In this document: positions 23,315 to 37,475 of the stretch, piece by piece
Layout: each line of letters starts with the position of its first letter
How positions within the stretch are numbered: the first letter of the stretch is position 1
Source: Chiloscyllium plagiosum
Lineage: Eukaryota
Direction: 5' to 3'
Assembly (NCBI RefSeq): GCF_004010195.1
Contig: NC_057718.1
Location: forward strand, 87,686,570-87,745,313
DNA length: 58,744 nucleotides
Made by a program: the position numbers and the translations under genes
The notes under the pieces: generated by a model
What the model was told of the DNA's origin: nothing
What the model saw: only the letters and a program-made list of their open reading frames with translations
Database searches by the model: none

Positions 23315-26300
23315 TTTACCAGCACTTGGCCCATATATCTCTAGACCTTTTTCTATTCATACACCCATTCAGATGTCTTTTAAATGTTGCAATTGTACTA
23401 GCCACTACCACTTCCTCTGGTAGTTCATTCCATACGTGTACCACCACCCTCTGCATGAAACAGTTGCCCCTTAGGTCCCTTTTATATCTTTCCCCTCTCA
23501 CCCTAAACCTATGCCCTCCAGTTCTGGACTCCCCCCACCCCAGGGAAAAGATCTTGTCTATTTACCCTATCCATGCCCCTCATGATTTTATAAACCTCTA
23601 TAAGGTCACCCCTCACCGTCTGAAACTCTAGGGAGAACAGCCCAGCCTCTTCCTATAGCTCAAATCCTGCAATCATGGCAACATTCTTGTTAATCTTTTC
23701 TGAGCCCTTTCAAATTTCACAACATCTTTCCGAGAGGAAGGGATCAGAATTGCATACAATATTCCAAAAGTGGCCAAACCAATGTTCTGTACAGCCGCAA
23801 TATGACCTCCCAATTCCTATACTCCATGTTCTAACCAATAAAGAAAAACATACCAAACGCCGCCTTCACTATCCTATCTACCTGCGACTCCACTTTCAAG
23901 GAAGTATGAACCTGAACTCCAAGGCCTCTTTGTTCAGCAACACTCCCTAGGACCTTACTGCTAAGGGTATAAGTCCTGCTAAGATTTGCTTTTCCAAAAT
24001 GCAACACCTCACATTTATCTGAATTAAACTCCATCTGCCACTCCTCAGCCCATTGGCCCATCTGATCAAGATCCTGTTGTATTCTGAGGTAACCTTCTTT
24101 GCTGTCCACTACACCTCTGATTTTGGTGTCATCTGCAAACTTACTAACAATCCCTCCAATGTTCACATCCAAATCTTTTATATAAATGATGAAAAGTGTT
24201 GAACCCAGCACTGATCCTTATGCCATTTTATTGGTCATGGGCTTCCAGTCTAAAATGCAACCCTCCTCCACCACCACCCCCTGTCTTCTACCTTTGAGCT
24301 AGTTCTGTATCCAAATGGCTAATTTTCCCTGTACAGTTCTGTATCCAAATGGCTAGTTCTCCCTGTATTTCATGAAATCTAACCTTGCTAATCAGTCTTC
24401 CTTGTCGACACCTTACTGAAGTCCATATAGATCATGTCCACGGCTCTGCCCTCATCAATTACCTTTGTTACTTCTTCAAAAAACTCAATCAAATTTGTGA
24501 GACATGTTTCTAACACACAAAGCCATGCTGACCATCCCTAATCAGTCTTTGTCTTTCCAAATACATGTAAATCCTGTCCCTCAGGATTACCTCCAACAAC
24601 TTGTCCATTACTGATGTCAGGCTCACTGGTCTATAGCTCTCCAGCTTTTCCTTACCACCTTTCTTAAATAGTGGCACCACGTTAGCCAACTTTGTCTTCC
24701 GGCACCTCACCTGTGACTATCAGTGATCTCAGCAAGAGGCCCAGCAATCAGTTCCCTATCTTCCCACAGAATTCTAGGGTATACCTGATCAGGTCCTGGG
24801 GATTTAAACACTTTTATGCGTTTCAAGACATCCAGCACCACCATCTCTGTAATATGGACATTTTTCATGCTGTCACCATCTATTCCCCACATTCTATATC
24901 TTTCATGTCCTTCTCAACAATAGGGTGATCATCCCTTCGTTATTTCTCAGTTCCACCCAAATAACCTCCCTGAATGTATTCCCAGGAATATCCTCCCTAA
25001 GAACAGCAGTAATGCTATCCCTTATCAACCCCCCCCCCCCCCCCCCCCCCATCCTTCCTGTAGCATTTGTATTCTGGAACATTAAGCTGCTAGTCCTGTC
25101 CATCTCTGAGACATGTCTCTTTAATTGCTATGATATCCCAGTCCCATGTTCTTAACCATGCCGAATTCATTTGCCTTCCCTGTTAGGCCTCCAGCATTGA
25201 AGTTAATGCAGTTTGATTTATCAGTCCTACCTTGTTCCTTCCCTCCCCGACTGTTTGACTTGCTCTCTTTCCCAGCTGTTCCAGTCTCAGATTGATCTCT
25301 TTCCACACTATTTCTCTGGGTCCACGCCCTCCTACCGTACTAGTTTAAATCCTCCCGGCAATCCTAGCAAATCTCCCTACCAGTATATTAGTCCCCTTTC
25401 AATTCAGGCGTAATTCTTCCTCCTTGTACAGGTCACTTCTACCCCAGAAGAGATTCCAGTGATCTAAAAATATGAACCCTTCTCCTAGGCACCAACTCCT
25501 CAGCCACGCATTCATCTGCTGTATCCTCCTATTTCTACCCTCACTAGTTCATAGCACTAGGAGTAATCCAGATATTACTACCCTTAAGGACCTCCTTTTA
25601 AAATTCCTGTCTAGCTTTTCATATTCTCCCTTCAGAAACTCGTCCTTTTCCCTCCCTACATCATTGGTACCAATGTGTACAATGACCTCCCGCTGGTCCC
25701 TCTCCCCTTTGAGAATATTCTGCACCCTCTTTGAGAAATCCTTGATCTTGGCACCAGAGAGGCAACATACCATTCTGTTCTCTCATTGCTAGCTGCAGAA
25801 ACGGCTGTCTGTGCCTCTGACTAGAGAGTCCTCTATCACAGTCGATCGATCGGAACCTGACATGCCCTTCATTACATTATGGCCCATCTGGATATCAGAA
25901 GCTTGGCTGTTCATCTAACATTCCTCTGAGAGTCCATCACCCCCTTCATTTTCCAAAGCAGCATACTTGTTTGAAATGGAGATAGCCACAGAAGACTCCT
26001 GTACTACCTGCCTACCTCTTACCTTTCCTGGAGTTAACCCATCTATGTGACTTTATCTGTGGCTTTTCTCCCTTCCTCTAACTGCCTCACTCATGTAAAT
26101 TCCTCATTGCCTCTAATTTTCACTCCAGTCAATCCATGCAATCTGATAGGATTCGCCACCAAAGACGCTTCCTGCAGACATAATCGTCATTAACATGTAA
26201 TATGTCCCTAAATTCTTACATCTGACAAGAAGAGCATTATCACTCTACTAAAGGCCATGTTTGCTCCTTCACAATCTACAGACATAGAAAATAGCACCAT

Positions 26301-26330
26301 CTTTTTGCTCTTCAACAGTGCTCCAGGTTA
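23315..26330 (-). mobile_element. Long degenerate CR1 LINE (esterase ORF1 plus internally deleted ORF2)
   Basis: ORF1 VHIGTNDVG (25549-25773); endonuclease remnants; KSPGPD, YRPVSLTS and KFADDTK RT motifs. Confidence 0.9.
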
Positions 26331-27829
26331 ACTTACTACTTGTGGTTTATATTTTTAAAATTTAATCCAGAGACAGATTTCAATAAAATATATAATCAAG
26401 AAAGAATCCACTTTACTCACTACTGTAGACTTACAGCGAAGTTAGCGGAAGAGTCATATTCAATAAACTACTCTTTCAGAGCGTCACCACAGACACAACT
26501 TTTTGAATGCCTTCCTATCCTGCAGCCGTCTCTTTATTCCATGAATCCCCATTCATGCCCTTCTGGACTGAACCAGACACAATTCTGATTTGGTATCTGG
26601 CTACCTTATATCACCTTATCATGCTTGAGATGTTTTACACCAGAAAGAATTGGAAAAGAGGTCTTTAATTATTGTATTTTAAAGCATTTTGTATTTTTTT
26701 TATAAAGGGACAGTGTACGAATGGGTAGTTTCCGAATTAATAAAAGCTGTTTTCTCTAAAGACTTTACAGGGAGCCTACAGCAATAGATCTTTATCAGTG
26801 TTTGTGCTCCACTCAAGCCTCCACCTATCATATTATTTCATCTATTAGTTTCAGTACGTCTGTTTATTCCTTTCTAACTTAGATGCTTGAGGTCACATTG
26901 ATGTATAGCTAAGTGTTCAGGTCAGGGTAGGATTTAGTATCAGTGTTACTGTAAGCATCCGGGTGATTATGGTTAGAGTTCCTGCATTAACTGTGAAAGT
27001 AAACAACTTGAAACAGGTCAATGGAAATGTGCCTTGACGATCTTCGAGCAGTCATTGTGGGAAATCTCTTGTTGCTTCTCACTGCCTGGAATAGCTTTAG
27101 GAAATAGGATGTATCAAAAATAAATAGTTAATGGGCTATATTTAGGTTATACGTATCTGATCTTGGTAAGGCAGTAATTTTTACCCCAAGCAGTAACACT
27201 AATCTTTTTTATGCTCCACATGCAGCATCGAGTGCCAAGCACTCAAAAGTATCGTTACCATTTACCATGAAAGGCTGGCAGTTTATAACTCAGCAAGTTA
27301 AATTCAACTATTGAATTTTTCATCTGCCAGGCATGTGGGGACTTTCCATGTAAATATGTTTTTGAAATAAATTTGAATGGTTGCCAATAGCAGCCGTGAA
27401 AACAGGCTTAACATTTCCAACATCAATAAGTACTTTTTATAGTTGTACAGTGCCCAGAAGACAATTTGCAACAGCACATGTCCAACATTATTGCAGTGTT
27501 CCTCATGCTGTAGGCACAGGGAGAAGGAGGTAACATACTACTATAAATATAAATATCTAAAATAGGAGCAAAAGTAGAACATTTGCCCACCCAAACCTGC
27601 TCTATCATTCAATAAGATCATGGCTGATCTGTTTTAGGTTTGAATTCCACACTCCCATTTACCCCTTTGATTTCCCAGTCTAACAAGAATCTATTCAGCT
27701 CTGATTTTAAAAAAAATTGATGACCCAATCTCCACCACCACCTCAGACAGAGAATTCCAAAGTCTCTCAAATCTCTGGAATGTAGTGCAGCAAGGTATGA
27801 AATTGTTCACTTTGGCAGGAAGAATGAAA

Positions 27830-29850
27830 AGGCATAGAGAACAACTGATTAGGGATAGTCAGCATGGCTTTGTGTGTGTGAAATCATGTCTCACGAACTT
27901 GATTGGGTTTTTTGAAGAAGTAACAAAGAGGATTGATGAGGGTAGAGTGGTGGGTTGATCTAAATGGACTTCAGTAAGGCGTTTGACAAGCTTCCTCATG
28001 GGAGACTGATTAGCAAGGTTAGATCACATGGAATACAGGGAGAACTAGCCAGTTAGGTACAGAACTGGCTCAAAGGTAAAAGTCAGAGGCTGATGGTAGA
28101 GGGTTGTGTTTCAGACTGGAGGCCTGTGTGTTATGAAGTTGAAGGCATGAACTGTACTTTTTAGAGTGAAAACAGAAAAGCTGGCAGGCAACTGTCATGT
28201 GACTGACTACAAGCACAAAGTTTACGAGACAGTTTGAAGATGTAATATTTTGCTGTGATCTAGATATCAGTTGTTTTCACAGTAGTTTGAATTTAACCAG
28301 TTTAAATTATGCACCAACATACTAAAACCCAATCAAATTTGAATTTTACTGTTTTGACAACATTGAACCAATGAGATGATCCAATGTTTTGGGGTATAAA
28401 AAGCTAGCATTTTGGACAGTTAGCCAGAGAAAGAGCACCTTCTGCCATCGAACAACTGCTATTCAAAACACTCTCTAAAAGGTATCTTTTTATATGAAAC
28501 ATTTTTGCAGGAGAAGACTGAAAACGACCCAGGAGGATCGACATTGCTGTCTGGTTTTGAAAATCAATTTGCTGTAAATTTATTAGGGGCTTTATCCGAT
28601 CAGTATATTGTTACAGAGTGGGAGGTAGATAACAAATTTTGAAGAGAAAGGGGACGTGGAGTTTTAAATAGTTGTTGTTTAGTATCCTCTTTTAGAGTTA
28701 AAGAATAAATTGTTACTTTTTTCTTTAAATAATGGAATTGGGTAGTTTTCTGTCACTCATACTTTAACAGATTACGAGGCGGGGTGAGCTTTTCTGTGTT
28801 TGGTTTAATTAGCAGAAGGGTTCACTGCCGTGTTGTAACATGTGGCAGTCCACTGGTCACAAGGATCGGTGCTGGGTCCACTACTTTTCATCATTTATAT
28901 AAATGATTTGCATGTGAACATAGGAGGTATAATCAGTAAGTTTGCAGATGACACTAAAATCAGTAGTGGACAGCAAAGAAGGTTACCTGACCTTACAACA
29001 GGATCTTGATCAGATAGGCCAATGGGCTGAGGAGTAGCAGATGGAGTTTAATTTAGATAAATATGAGGTGCTGCATTTTGGAAAAGCAAATCAGAGCAGG
29101 ACTTATACACTTAATGGTAAGGTCCTAGGGAGTGTGGCTGAACAAAGAGACCTCAAAGTGCAGGTATATAGTTCTTTGCAAGTAAAGTTGCAGATAGATA
29201 GGATAGTGAAGAAGGCTTTTGGTATGCTTTCCTTTATTGGTCAGAGCATTAAGTATAGGGGTTGGGAGGTTATGTTGCGGCTGTACAGGACATTGGTTTG
29301 GCCACTTTTGGAATATTGCGTGCGATCCTGGTCTCCTTGCTATCAGCAGGATGTTGTGAAACTTGAAAGGGTTCAGAAAAGATTTACAAGGATGTTGCCA
29401 GGGTTGGAGGATTTGAGCTATAGGGAGAGGCTGAATAGGCTGGGGATATTTTCTAACCTGGAGCGTCAGAGGCGGTGGGGTGACCTCATAGAGGTTTATA
29501 AAATCATGAGGGGCATGGATAGGATAAATAGACAAGGTCGTTTCCCTGGGGTGAGGGAGTCCAGAACTAGAGGGCGTGGGTTTAGAGTGAGAGGGGAAAG
29601 ATATAAAAGAGACCTAAGGAGCAACTGTTTCATACGGAGGGTGGTGTGTGTATGGAATGAGTTGCCAGAGGAAGTGGTGGAGGCTAGTACAATTGCAACA
29701 TTTAAAAGGCATCTGAATGGGTATATGAATAGGAAGAGTTTAGAGGGATATGGGCATGTGCTGGCAAATGGGACTAGATTGGGTTGGGATATCTGGTTGG
29801 CATGGACAAGTTGGACCAAAGAGTCTGTTTCTGTGCTGGACTTCTTTGAC
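27830..29850 (+). mobile_element. CR1 LINE RT/3' part, split by a solo LTR
   Basis: QHGFV..KSCLTNL before the LTR, QGSVLGPLLF after it; ORF 29041-29913 is the CR1 C-terminus. Confidence 0.9.
28129..28840 (+). mobile_element. Solo LTR (712 bp)
   Basis: Termini TGTTA...TAACA; 4-bp TSD TGTG (28125-28128, 28841-28844); CCAAT boxes, TATAAAA at 28395 and AATAAA at 28704. Confidence 0.85.
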
Positions 29851-30391
29851 TCAAACTGCATGGTTCCCAAGTGCAAAAGTCAGTGTATGGATCGCAACTT
29901 TCAATCTCAATGACTTCGACAAAATAACTGAGTTTGTTCCCAATATAAAACTAATTGGAAATATAAGCTGTGAGGAGAACATAGGCAAGACAAGTGAAGT
30001 AAGTGGGCAACATGATAGGGAAGTATAAAGTTATTCACTGTGTAATAAGAATAGAAACATTTTTTTAAAATGGCTTGTAATTTATAAATATTGATGCTGA
30101 GAGAAACTTAGATATATTCATACAAGAAAAATGTTAACGTGGACACAAGCAAGGGAAATGACATTTTGATCTTATTGCAAAGAAATTAATGTACAAGAAG
30201 AGGGATGCCTCGGTACAGTTAATATAAGGATTTGGTGAAGCCTTATGTGTACTGTGCAGTTTGATCTCTAAACATGGAAAGAAATATTTGCATTGGAGAT
30301 ATTACAGTGGTGGTGAATCTGAGAAAATTGGGCTGTATCCTTCTGAGTTTAGAAGAATGAGACATTCCCAGCCATCGCAAGTTTGTAGTTT

Positions 30392-30717
30392 AGGGCGGCA
30401 TGGTGGCACAGTGGTTAGCACTGCCTCCTCACAGCGCCAGAGATCCTGGTTCAGTTCCTGCCTCAGGCAACTGTCTGTGTTGAGTTTACACGTTCTCCCT
30501 GTGTCTGCGTGGGTTTCCTCCGGGTGCTCCGGTTTCCTCCCACAGTCCAAAGATGTGCAGGTTAGGTGAATTGGCCATGCTAAATTGCCCGTAGTGTTAC
30601 GTGAAGGGATAAATGTGGGGGAATGGGTCTGGGTAGGTTGCTCTTCGGAGGGCCAGTGTGGACTTGTTGGGCCGAAGTGCCTGTTTCCAGAGTGTAAATA
30701 ACCTAATCTAATCTAAT
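30392..30717 (+). mobile_element. HE1-like V-SINE
   Basis: A/B boxes, V-domain and (CTAAT)n tail. Confidence 0.95.
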
Positions 30718-30979
30718 CATGATCACATTGAAACATAAAAATTTGCTGCAGTTAACAGGGACACCCATTAAGGAATTGTTTCCCCTTGTTGGGTAATGTA
30801 GAAAGTTAAGGCACTGTTTCATAGAGTACAGGTTGATCATTTATTACGGAGATGGAGAGAAATTTCTTCCCTTGGACAGTTGTGAATCTTTGGAATTTTC
30901 TACTCTAGACGGCTGTGGATGCATGCTTATTGAATATATTGAAGGCTGGGATTAATTTCTGGCCTGACAGAAAAGAAAT

Positions 30980-31170
30980 GGGCGGCACGGTGGCACAGTG
31001 GTTAGCACTGCTGCCTTGCAGTGTCAGAGACCCGGGTTCAATTCCCGCTTCAGGCGACGGACTGTGTAGAGTTTGCACGTTCTCCCTGTGTCTGCGTGGG
31101 TTTCCTCCGGGTACTCCGGTTTCCTCCCACAGTCCAAAGATGTGCAGGTTAGGTGGATTGGCCATGCGGT
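30980..31170 (+). mobile_element. HE1-like V-SINE, 3'-truncated
   Basis: GGGCGGCACGGTGGCACAGTGG head, GGTTCAATTCC B box and V-domain. Confidence 0.9.
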
Positions 31171-32877
31171 AAAAGATTAACAATGATTGCATGAATGGTA
31201 GAGCTTGCTTAGGGAACTATATGATTCACTCCTATTTCTTATGCAGTTAGGCCAATGTATTCTGCTCCACAGTGTTAGTTTCTGGATGAAAATAGTTACA
31301 CTCAATTAACAAGTAGTGCACAGCAAGGTTGCTTCTGCAAGATGCTGTTTATATTTACTTATTGCCCTCCTAGCTCAGGTAATTTCCAAAATTATGGCAA
31401 TGTAAGTCATATCCTCCTTCCCTGTATCTCAGCTGGAAAACTGAAAAAAGAGAGTTATTAAAAGAATTAAATAACAAACCTAGACACAGGCATCTGACTT
31501 AAATTACTATTGCTGCACATGCGCAATATGTCCAATCAAGCCTGCTCAACCTTGTCTGATTTTCCACCTTAGGTCGACTTTCATACCCTAGTCACAACTT
31601 GGAGGAAAAAAATTATCCTGTACTCAATCCCAAGTGGCTGACTCCTGACTGAAAAGTTGTTCTGTGCTTTAAGAACCTATGCTTCTGGATAGCAGCCTCT
31701 CAGCATTTCCCCTGTCAAACCTCAAGAATTTTATACCTTAACCTCAAGTTTTAATGAAATCTCCTCTTGTGCCTCTCAATACCAGAAAATTTTATTTGAT
31801 CTCTCCTCACTTGTTGACTCTCTCATCCTGGGAATTAATCTAGCAAAACCTTTGTTCCTCCTCTTGTCATCCCGTTCCCGTTCTTAACGTTGTTAACTGG
31901 ATTCATACAATGAAAACTTTTCCCCTTGTTAGCTGACCTTGCATACTGAATGCTTCCAATATTGTTAAGTGGCTTTACATAATGACTGCTTTTCCACCTT
32001 GTTAACCCATTACCCTTGCCTCCAACACCCCATTGTTAACTGAAATTCTTACTTGATCTGAGTCAGCTGAACCTTTTGTTTCATAAAACTCAACTTAACT
32101 TTGCCTGCCTGCTTATACCCTATACACATTCTCATTCTAAGGTAAGTATAAAGATGACTTGAGTCTTTAATATGGTAAAATATCCCAAGGTGCTTCACCA
32201 GGATTATTATCCCTCAAAATTTTGACATTTATCTTTGCTTGGCTAAGGAGATCAAAATTGCACATGGTATTCCAAAGTCCAACAATTATAGCAAAACCTC
32301 CTTATTCCAACCTTCATTCAGTAAAGGCCAGCATAACATTTGCTTTCCTAATTGCTTATTGTATTGCATGATAACTTGTTGTAGGTTTTGTGCAGGGGTT
32401 CACAAGTTATTTGAATATCAACCATTATTAGTGTCATATTATTTTACTATTTTCCAGTTCATTCCTATCAAAGTAGATAATTAAATATTTTCTCACATTG
32501 GTCTGTTTCCATGCTGTACATCTCTGTGACACTGACTAGTCTCCATTTGTCCTCTCTTCATCCCAGACGGCTGCAGTTCTTTGCAGGCTTTGTACCTTCC
32601 TCACAGCTTACTTCCCCACTTAGCATTCTATTATCAGCAAATCTGGATACATTACATTCCTTCCTCCTCATCTAAGCTATCAATATAAGTTGTAAATTAC
32701 TGAAATCCAATCTCTGATCCTTGCAGCATTCCACCAATTATAATCTGCCAACATAGAAAATTGTTTATTCCTGCATTCTGTTTTCTATCTGTTGGTCAGT
32801 GCTCAGTGCATACCAATATATCTCTAATTCCATGAACCATTGTCTTGTGTAGCAATCTCTTGTGCTACAGTGTATCA

Positions 32878-32971
32878 GTGATTCCTGAAGAAGGGTTTAT
32901 GCCCGAAATGTCGATTCTCCTGCTCCTTGGATGCTGCCTGATCTGCTGCGCTTTTCCAGTAACACATTTTT
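32878..32971 (+). mobile_element. Penelope-derived single-arm insertion (family A)
   Basis: ATTCCTGAAGAAGGGTTTATGCCCGAAA...; flanked by CAGTGTATCA (32868-32877, 32972-32981). Confidence 0.8.
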
Positions 32972-33526
32972 CAGTGTATCAAATACCTGTGTAAAAATCC
33001 TATCTATGTTGACCTTCCTTATCTACCCTCCTAATTATACCCCTCAAAATTGATAGATTTATTAAGTACTATTCCCTTTCATAAAACAATTTGATTATAG
33101 CAAAATAAGGAGGTTTTGCTATAATTGTTGGACTTTGGAATACCATGTGCAATTTTGATTTCCTTAGCCAAGCAAAGATAAATGTCAAAATTTTGAGGGA
33201 TAATAATCCTGGTGAATATGATTCTTGAAGTGATCTGTTAACATGTTCCTCATGGCAGATTGTAGTGATTCCCAACTATTGATGTCAAACCAACTAACTA
33301 TAATTCCCTTTTTACTTGCTTCCTCCTTTCCTGAACAGCGAAGATATGTTTGCTATCTTCTAATACGTGAAGAGGACTGTTCTTGAAAACGAATAGATCG
33401 CTGTAGGTGCCTTCCAGGGATTTGTCAGTTTTAGGTCCATTAATATTTTAGAGCTGATATTAATTTTATGTCCCTCATGCACAGTAGACCCTTGATTTCC
33501 TCACTAGTTCTAGGATGTTGTTTACA

Positions 33527-36500
33527 TAGAACATTACAGCGTAGTACAGGCCCTTCGGCCCTCGATGTTGCGCCGCCCTATCTTACTAATCTGAAGCCCA
33601 TCCCACCTACACTATTCCATTTACATCCATATGCCTATCCAATGAAGACTTAAATGAACTTAAACTTGGCGAATCTACTACCATTTCAGGCAATGCATTC
33701 CATATCCTTACTACTCTCTGAGTAAAGAAACTACCTCTGACATCTGTCTTATACCTATCTCCCCTCACTTTAAAGCTGTGTCCCCTCGTGTTTGCCTTCC
33801 CCATGCTTGGAAAAAGGCTCTCCCTGTCCACTCTATCTAACCCTCTGATTATCTTGTACGTCTCTATTAAGTCACCTCTTAACCTTCTTTTCTCTAGCGA
33901 GAACAGCCTCAAGGCCCTCAGCCTTTCCTTGTAAGACATTCCCTCCATACCAGGCAACATCCTAGTAAATCTCCTCTGCACCCTATCCAAAGCTTCAACA
34001 TCCTTCTTATAATGCGGTGACCAGAACTGTACACAATACTCCAAGTGTGGCCACACCAGAGATTTGTACAGCTGCAGCATAACCTCCTGGTTCCAAAACT
34101 CAATCCCTCTATTAATAAAGGCCAAAACACTGTATGCCTTCTTAACAACCCTGTCAATCTGGGTGGCAACTTTCAGGGATCTGTGTACATGGACACCGAG
34201 ATCCCTCTGCTCATCCGCCCTCCCTAGAATCCTCCCATTAGCCCAGTACTCTGCATTCCGATTACTCCGTCCAACCTCACACGTGTCCACATTAAATTCC
34301 ATTTGCCACCTCTCAGCCCAGCTCTGCATCCTATCTATGTCTCTCTGCAACCTACTACATCCTTTATCACTATCCAACTCCTTAGTGTCGTCTGCGAATT
34401 TGCTAACCCACCCTTCTATGCCCTCATCCAAGTCATTTATAAAAATGACGAACAGCAGTGGACCTAACACTGACCCTTGTGATATGTCGCTAGTAACTGG
34501 ACACCAAGATGAACATGTTCCATCAACTACAACCCTCTGTTTTCTTTCAGTAAGCCAATTACTTATCCAAACTGCTATGTCTCCCACAATCCCATTCCTC
34601 CGCATTTTGTATAATAGCCTACTGTGGGGAACCTTATCGAATGCCTTGTTGAAATCCATATACACCACATCAACCGGTTTACTCTCATCTACCTGTTTGG
34701 TCACTTTGTCAAAAAACTCAATAAGATTCGTTAGGCACGACCTACCCTTCACAAAACCGTGCTGACTGTCCCAGATCAGATTATTCTTTTGTAGATGGTT
34801 ATAAATCCTATCTCTTATAACCTTTTCCAACACTTTACCAACAACTGAAGTGAGACTCACTGGTCTGTAATTACCAGCGTTGTCTCTACTACCCTTTTTG
34901 AACAGGGGAACCACATTTGCTATCCTCCAGTCTTCAGGCACTATTCCTGCAGACAATGATGATTTGAAGATCATTGCCAAAGGCTCGGCAATCTCTTTCC
35001 TTGCTTCCCAGAGGATCCTAGGATAGATCCCATCTGGTTAAAATCTTCAAGGAGAAAATGAGGACTGCAGATGCTGGAGATCAGAGCTGAAAATGTGTTG
35101 CTGGAAAAGCGCAGCAGGTCAGGCAGCATCCAAAGAACAGGTGAATCGACGTTTCGGGCATAATCCTGAAGAAGGGCTTATGCCCGAAACGTCGATTCTC
35201 CTGATCCTTGGATGCTGCCTGACCTGCTGCGCTTTTCCAGCAACACATTTTCAGCTCTGGATCCCATCTGGCCCAGGGGACTTGTCTATCTTCACATTCT
35301 GTAATAATTCCAATACCTCTTCCTTATGAACCTCAATCTCTTCTAGTCTAGATGAAAGTATCTCTGTATCTTCCTCGCCAACATTGTCATTTTCTATGTT
35401 GAACACTGTTGAAAAATGTTTATTTAGTGTTTCCCCTATCTTCTCTGCCTCCACACACAACTTCCCACTACTATCCTTGATTGGCCCTAATTTAATTCTC
35501 GTCATTCTTTTATTCCTGACATACCTATGGAAAGCCTTAGGATTAACCCTGATCCTATCTGCCAACAACATCTCATGTCTCCTCCTGGCTCTTCTGAGCT
35601 CTCTTTTTAGGTCTTTCCTGGCTTCCTTGTAACCCTCAAGCGCCCTATCTGAGTTTTCACATTTTGCCCTATCATAAGCCGCCTTCTTCTTGACCATAGA
35701 TTCCACTTTCTTAGTAAACCACGGCTCATGCGTTCTATAACATCTGCCCTATCTAACAGGTACATACTTATCTGGGACACACTGGAGCTTTTCCTTGAAT
35801 AAGCTCCACATTTTTAATGTGCTCATCCCCTGCAGTTTTCTCCCCCAATCTACGCTTCCTAAATCTTTCCTAATTGCATCATAGTTTCCGTTCCCCCAGC
35901 TGTAACTCCTGCTTGGTGGATTATGCCTATCCCTTTCCATCACTAAAGTAAACTTGACAGAATTGTGATCGCTATCTCCAAAGTGCTCGCCTACTTCCAC
36001 ATCTAACACCTGGCCAGGCTCGTTACCCAGTACTAAATCTAAAGTGGCTTCGCCCCTTGTAGGCCTGTCTATATATACTGTGTCAGGAAGCCCTCCTGCA
36101 CACAATGGACAAAAACTGACTCATCTATAGTACTCTCGTTCTGTAGTGTTCCCGGTCAATATTTGGATAGTTGAAGTCCCCCATGAGAGCTACCTTGCCT
36201 CTCTTACTCCTATCGAGAATCATCTTTGCAATCCTTTCCTCTACATCTCTGGGACTATTCGGAGGCCTATAGAAAACTCCCAGCATGATGACTTCTCCTT
36301 TCCTGTTTCTAACCTCAGCCCATAGTACCTCAATTGATGAGTCCCCAAACGTCCTTTCTACAACTGTAATATTGTCCCTGATCAATAATGCCATACATCC
36401 CCCTCTTTTACCATCTTCTCTGTTCTTACTGAAATATCTGAATCCTGGAACCTGCAACACCCATTCCTGCCCCTGCTCTATCCGTGTCTCTGTAATGGCC

Positions 36501-37475
36501 ACAACATCGAAGTCGCAGGTACCAACCCACGCTGCCAGTTCACCCACTTTATTTCGGATGCTCCTCGCGTTGAAGTATACACACTTCAAACCAGGTTCAT
36601 ACTTGCCAGTGTCAGGTAAATGATTTTGTAACTCCCTACTCTCATCCTCTTCTGCACCTGTCCTACAATTTTGGTTCCCATCCCCCTGCTGTATTTAAAT
36701 CCACCTGAATAGCTTTAGCGAATTTCCCACCCAGGATATTGGTACCCCTTTCGTTTAGATGAAGACCATCTTGCTTGTAGAGGTCCCACCTACCCCAGAA
36801 AGAGCTCCAGTTATTCAAAAACCCGAAACCCTCCCTACTGCACCATCCCTGTAGCCATGTGTTCACCTCCTTTCTCTCCCTATTCCTCACCTCACTAGCA
36901 CATGGCACGGGCAGCAAACCAGAGAAAACAACTCTATTTGTCCTAGCTCTAAGCTTCCATCCTAGCTCCCTGAATTTCTGTCTCAAGTCCCCATCTCTCT
37001 TCCCACCTATGTCGTTGGTGCCAATGTGGACCACGACTTGGGGCTGCTCCCCCCTCCCCCTGAAGGATCCCAAGAACACAATCAGAGACATCACGGACCC
37101 TGGCATCCGGGAGGCAACACACCAACCGTGAATCTCTCTCATCCCCACAGAACCCCCTATCTGTCCCCCTAATTCTCTAGTCCCCAATGACTACTGCTCT
37201 GTTCCTTTTCCCCCTTCCCTTCTGAGCAGCAGGTGCCCCACTGCTTTCCCCTGGTAAGTCATCCCCCCCCCACAGTATCCAAAACGGTATACTTATTGTT
37301 GAGGGGAATGGTCACAGGGGATCCCTGCACTCCCTGCCAGTTCCCTTTCTGTCCCCGAACTATCACCCATCTATCTTTTTCTTTTATCTGGGGAGTGACT
37401 ACCTCTCTAAGTCCTGTCAATAACTCCCTCTGCCTCCCGAATGATCTTTGTGTCTTCCATTGTGAATGTATCTGA
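33527..37475 (-). mobile_element. Near full-length CR1 LINE (SGNH-esterase ORF1; APE-RT ORF2), disrupted
   Basis: ORF1 VVHIGTNDIG...DGLHLN (36663-37187); APE KCVYFNARSI...MGDFN...LDLVL...SDH (35749-36589); 457-aa RT ORF 33607-34980 with YRPVSLTS and FADD. Confidence 0.95.
35038..35259. mobile_element. Penelope-derived fold-back element (family A) inside CR1 ORF2
   Basis: Inverted arms about 35161-35165; flanked by GATCCCATCTGG (35026-35037, 35260-35271); splits the CR1 motif KSPGPDGI|YPRILWE. Confidence 0.9.
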
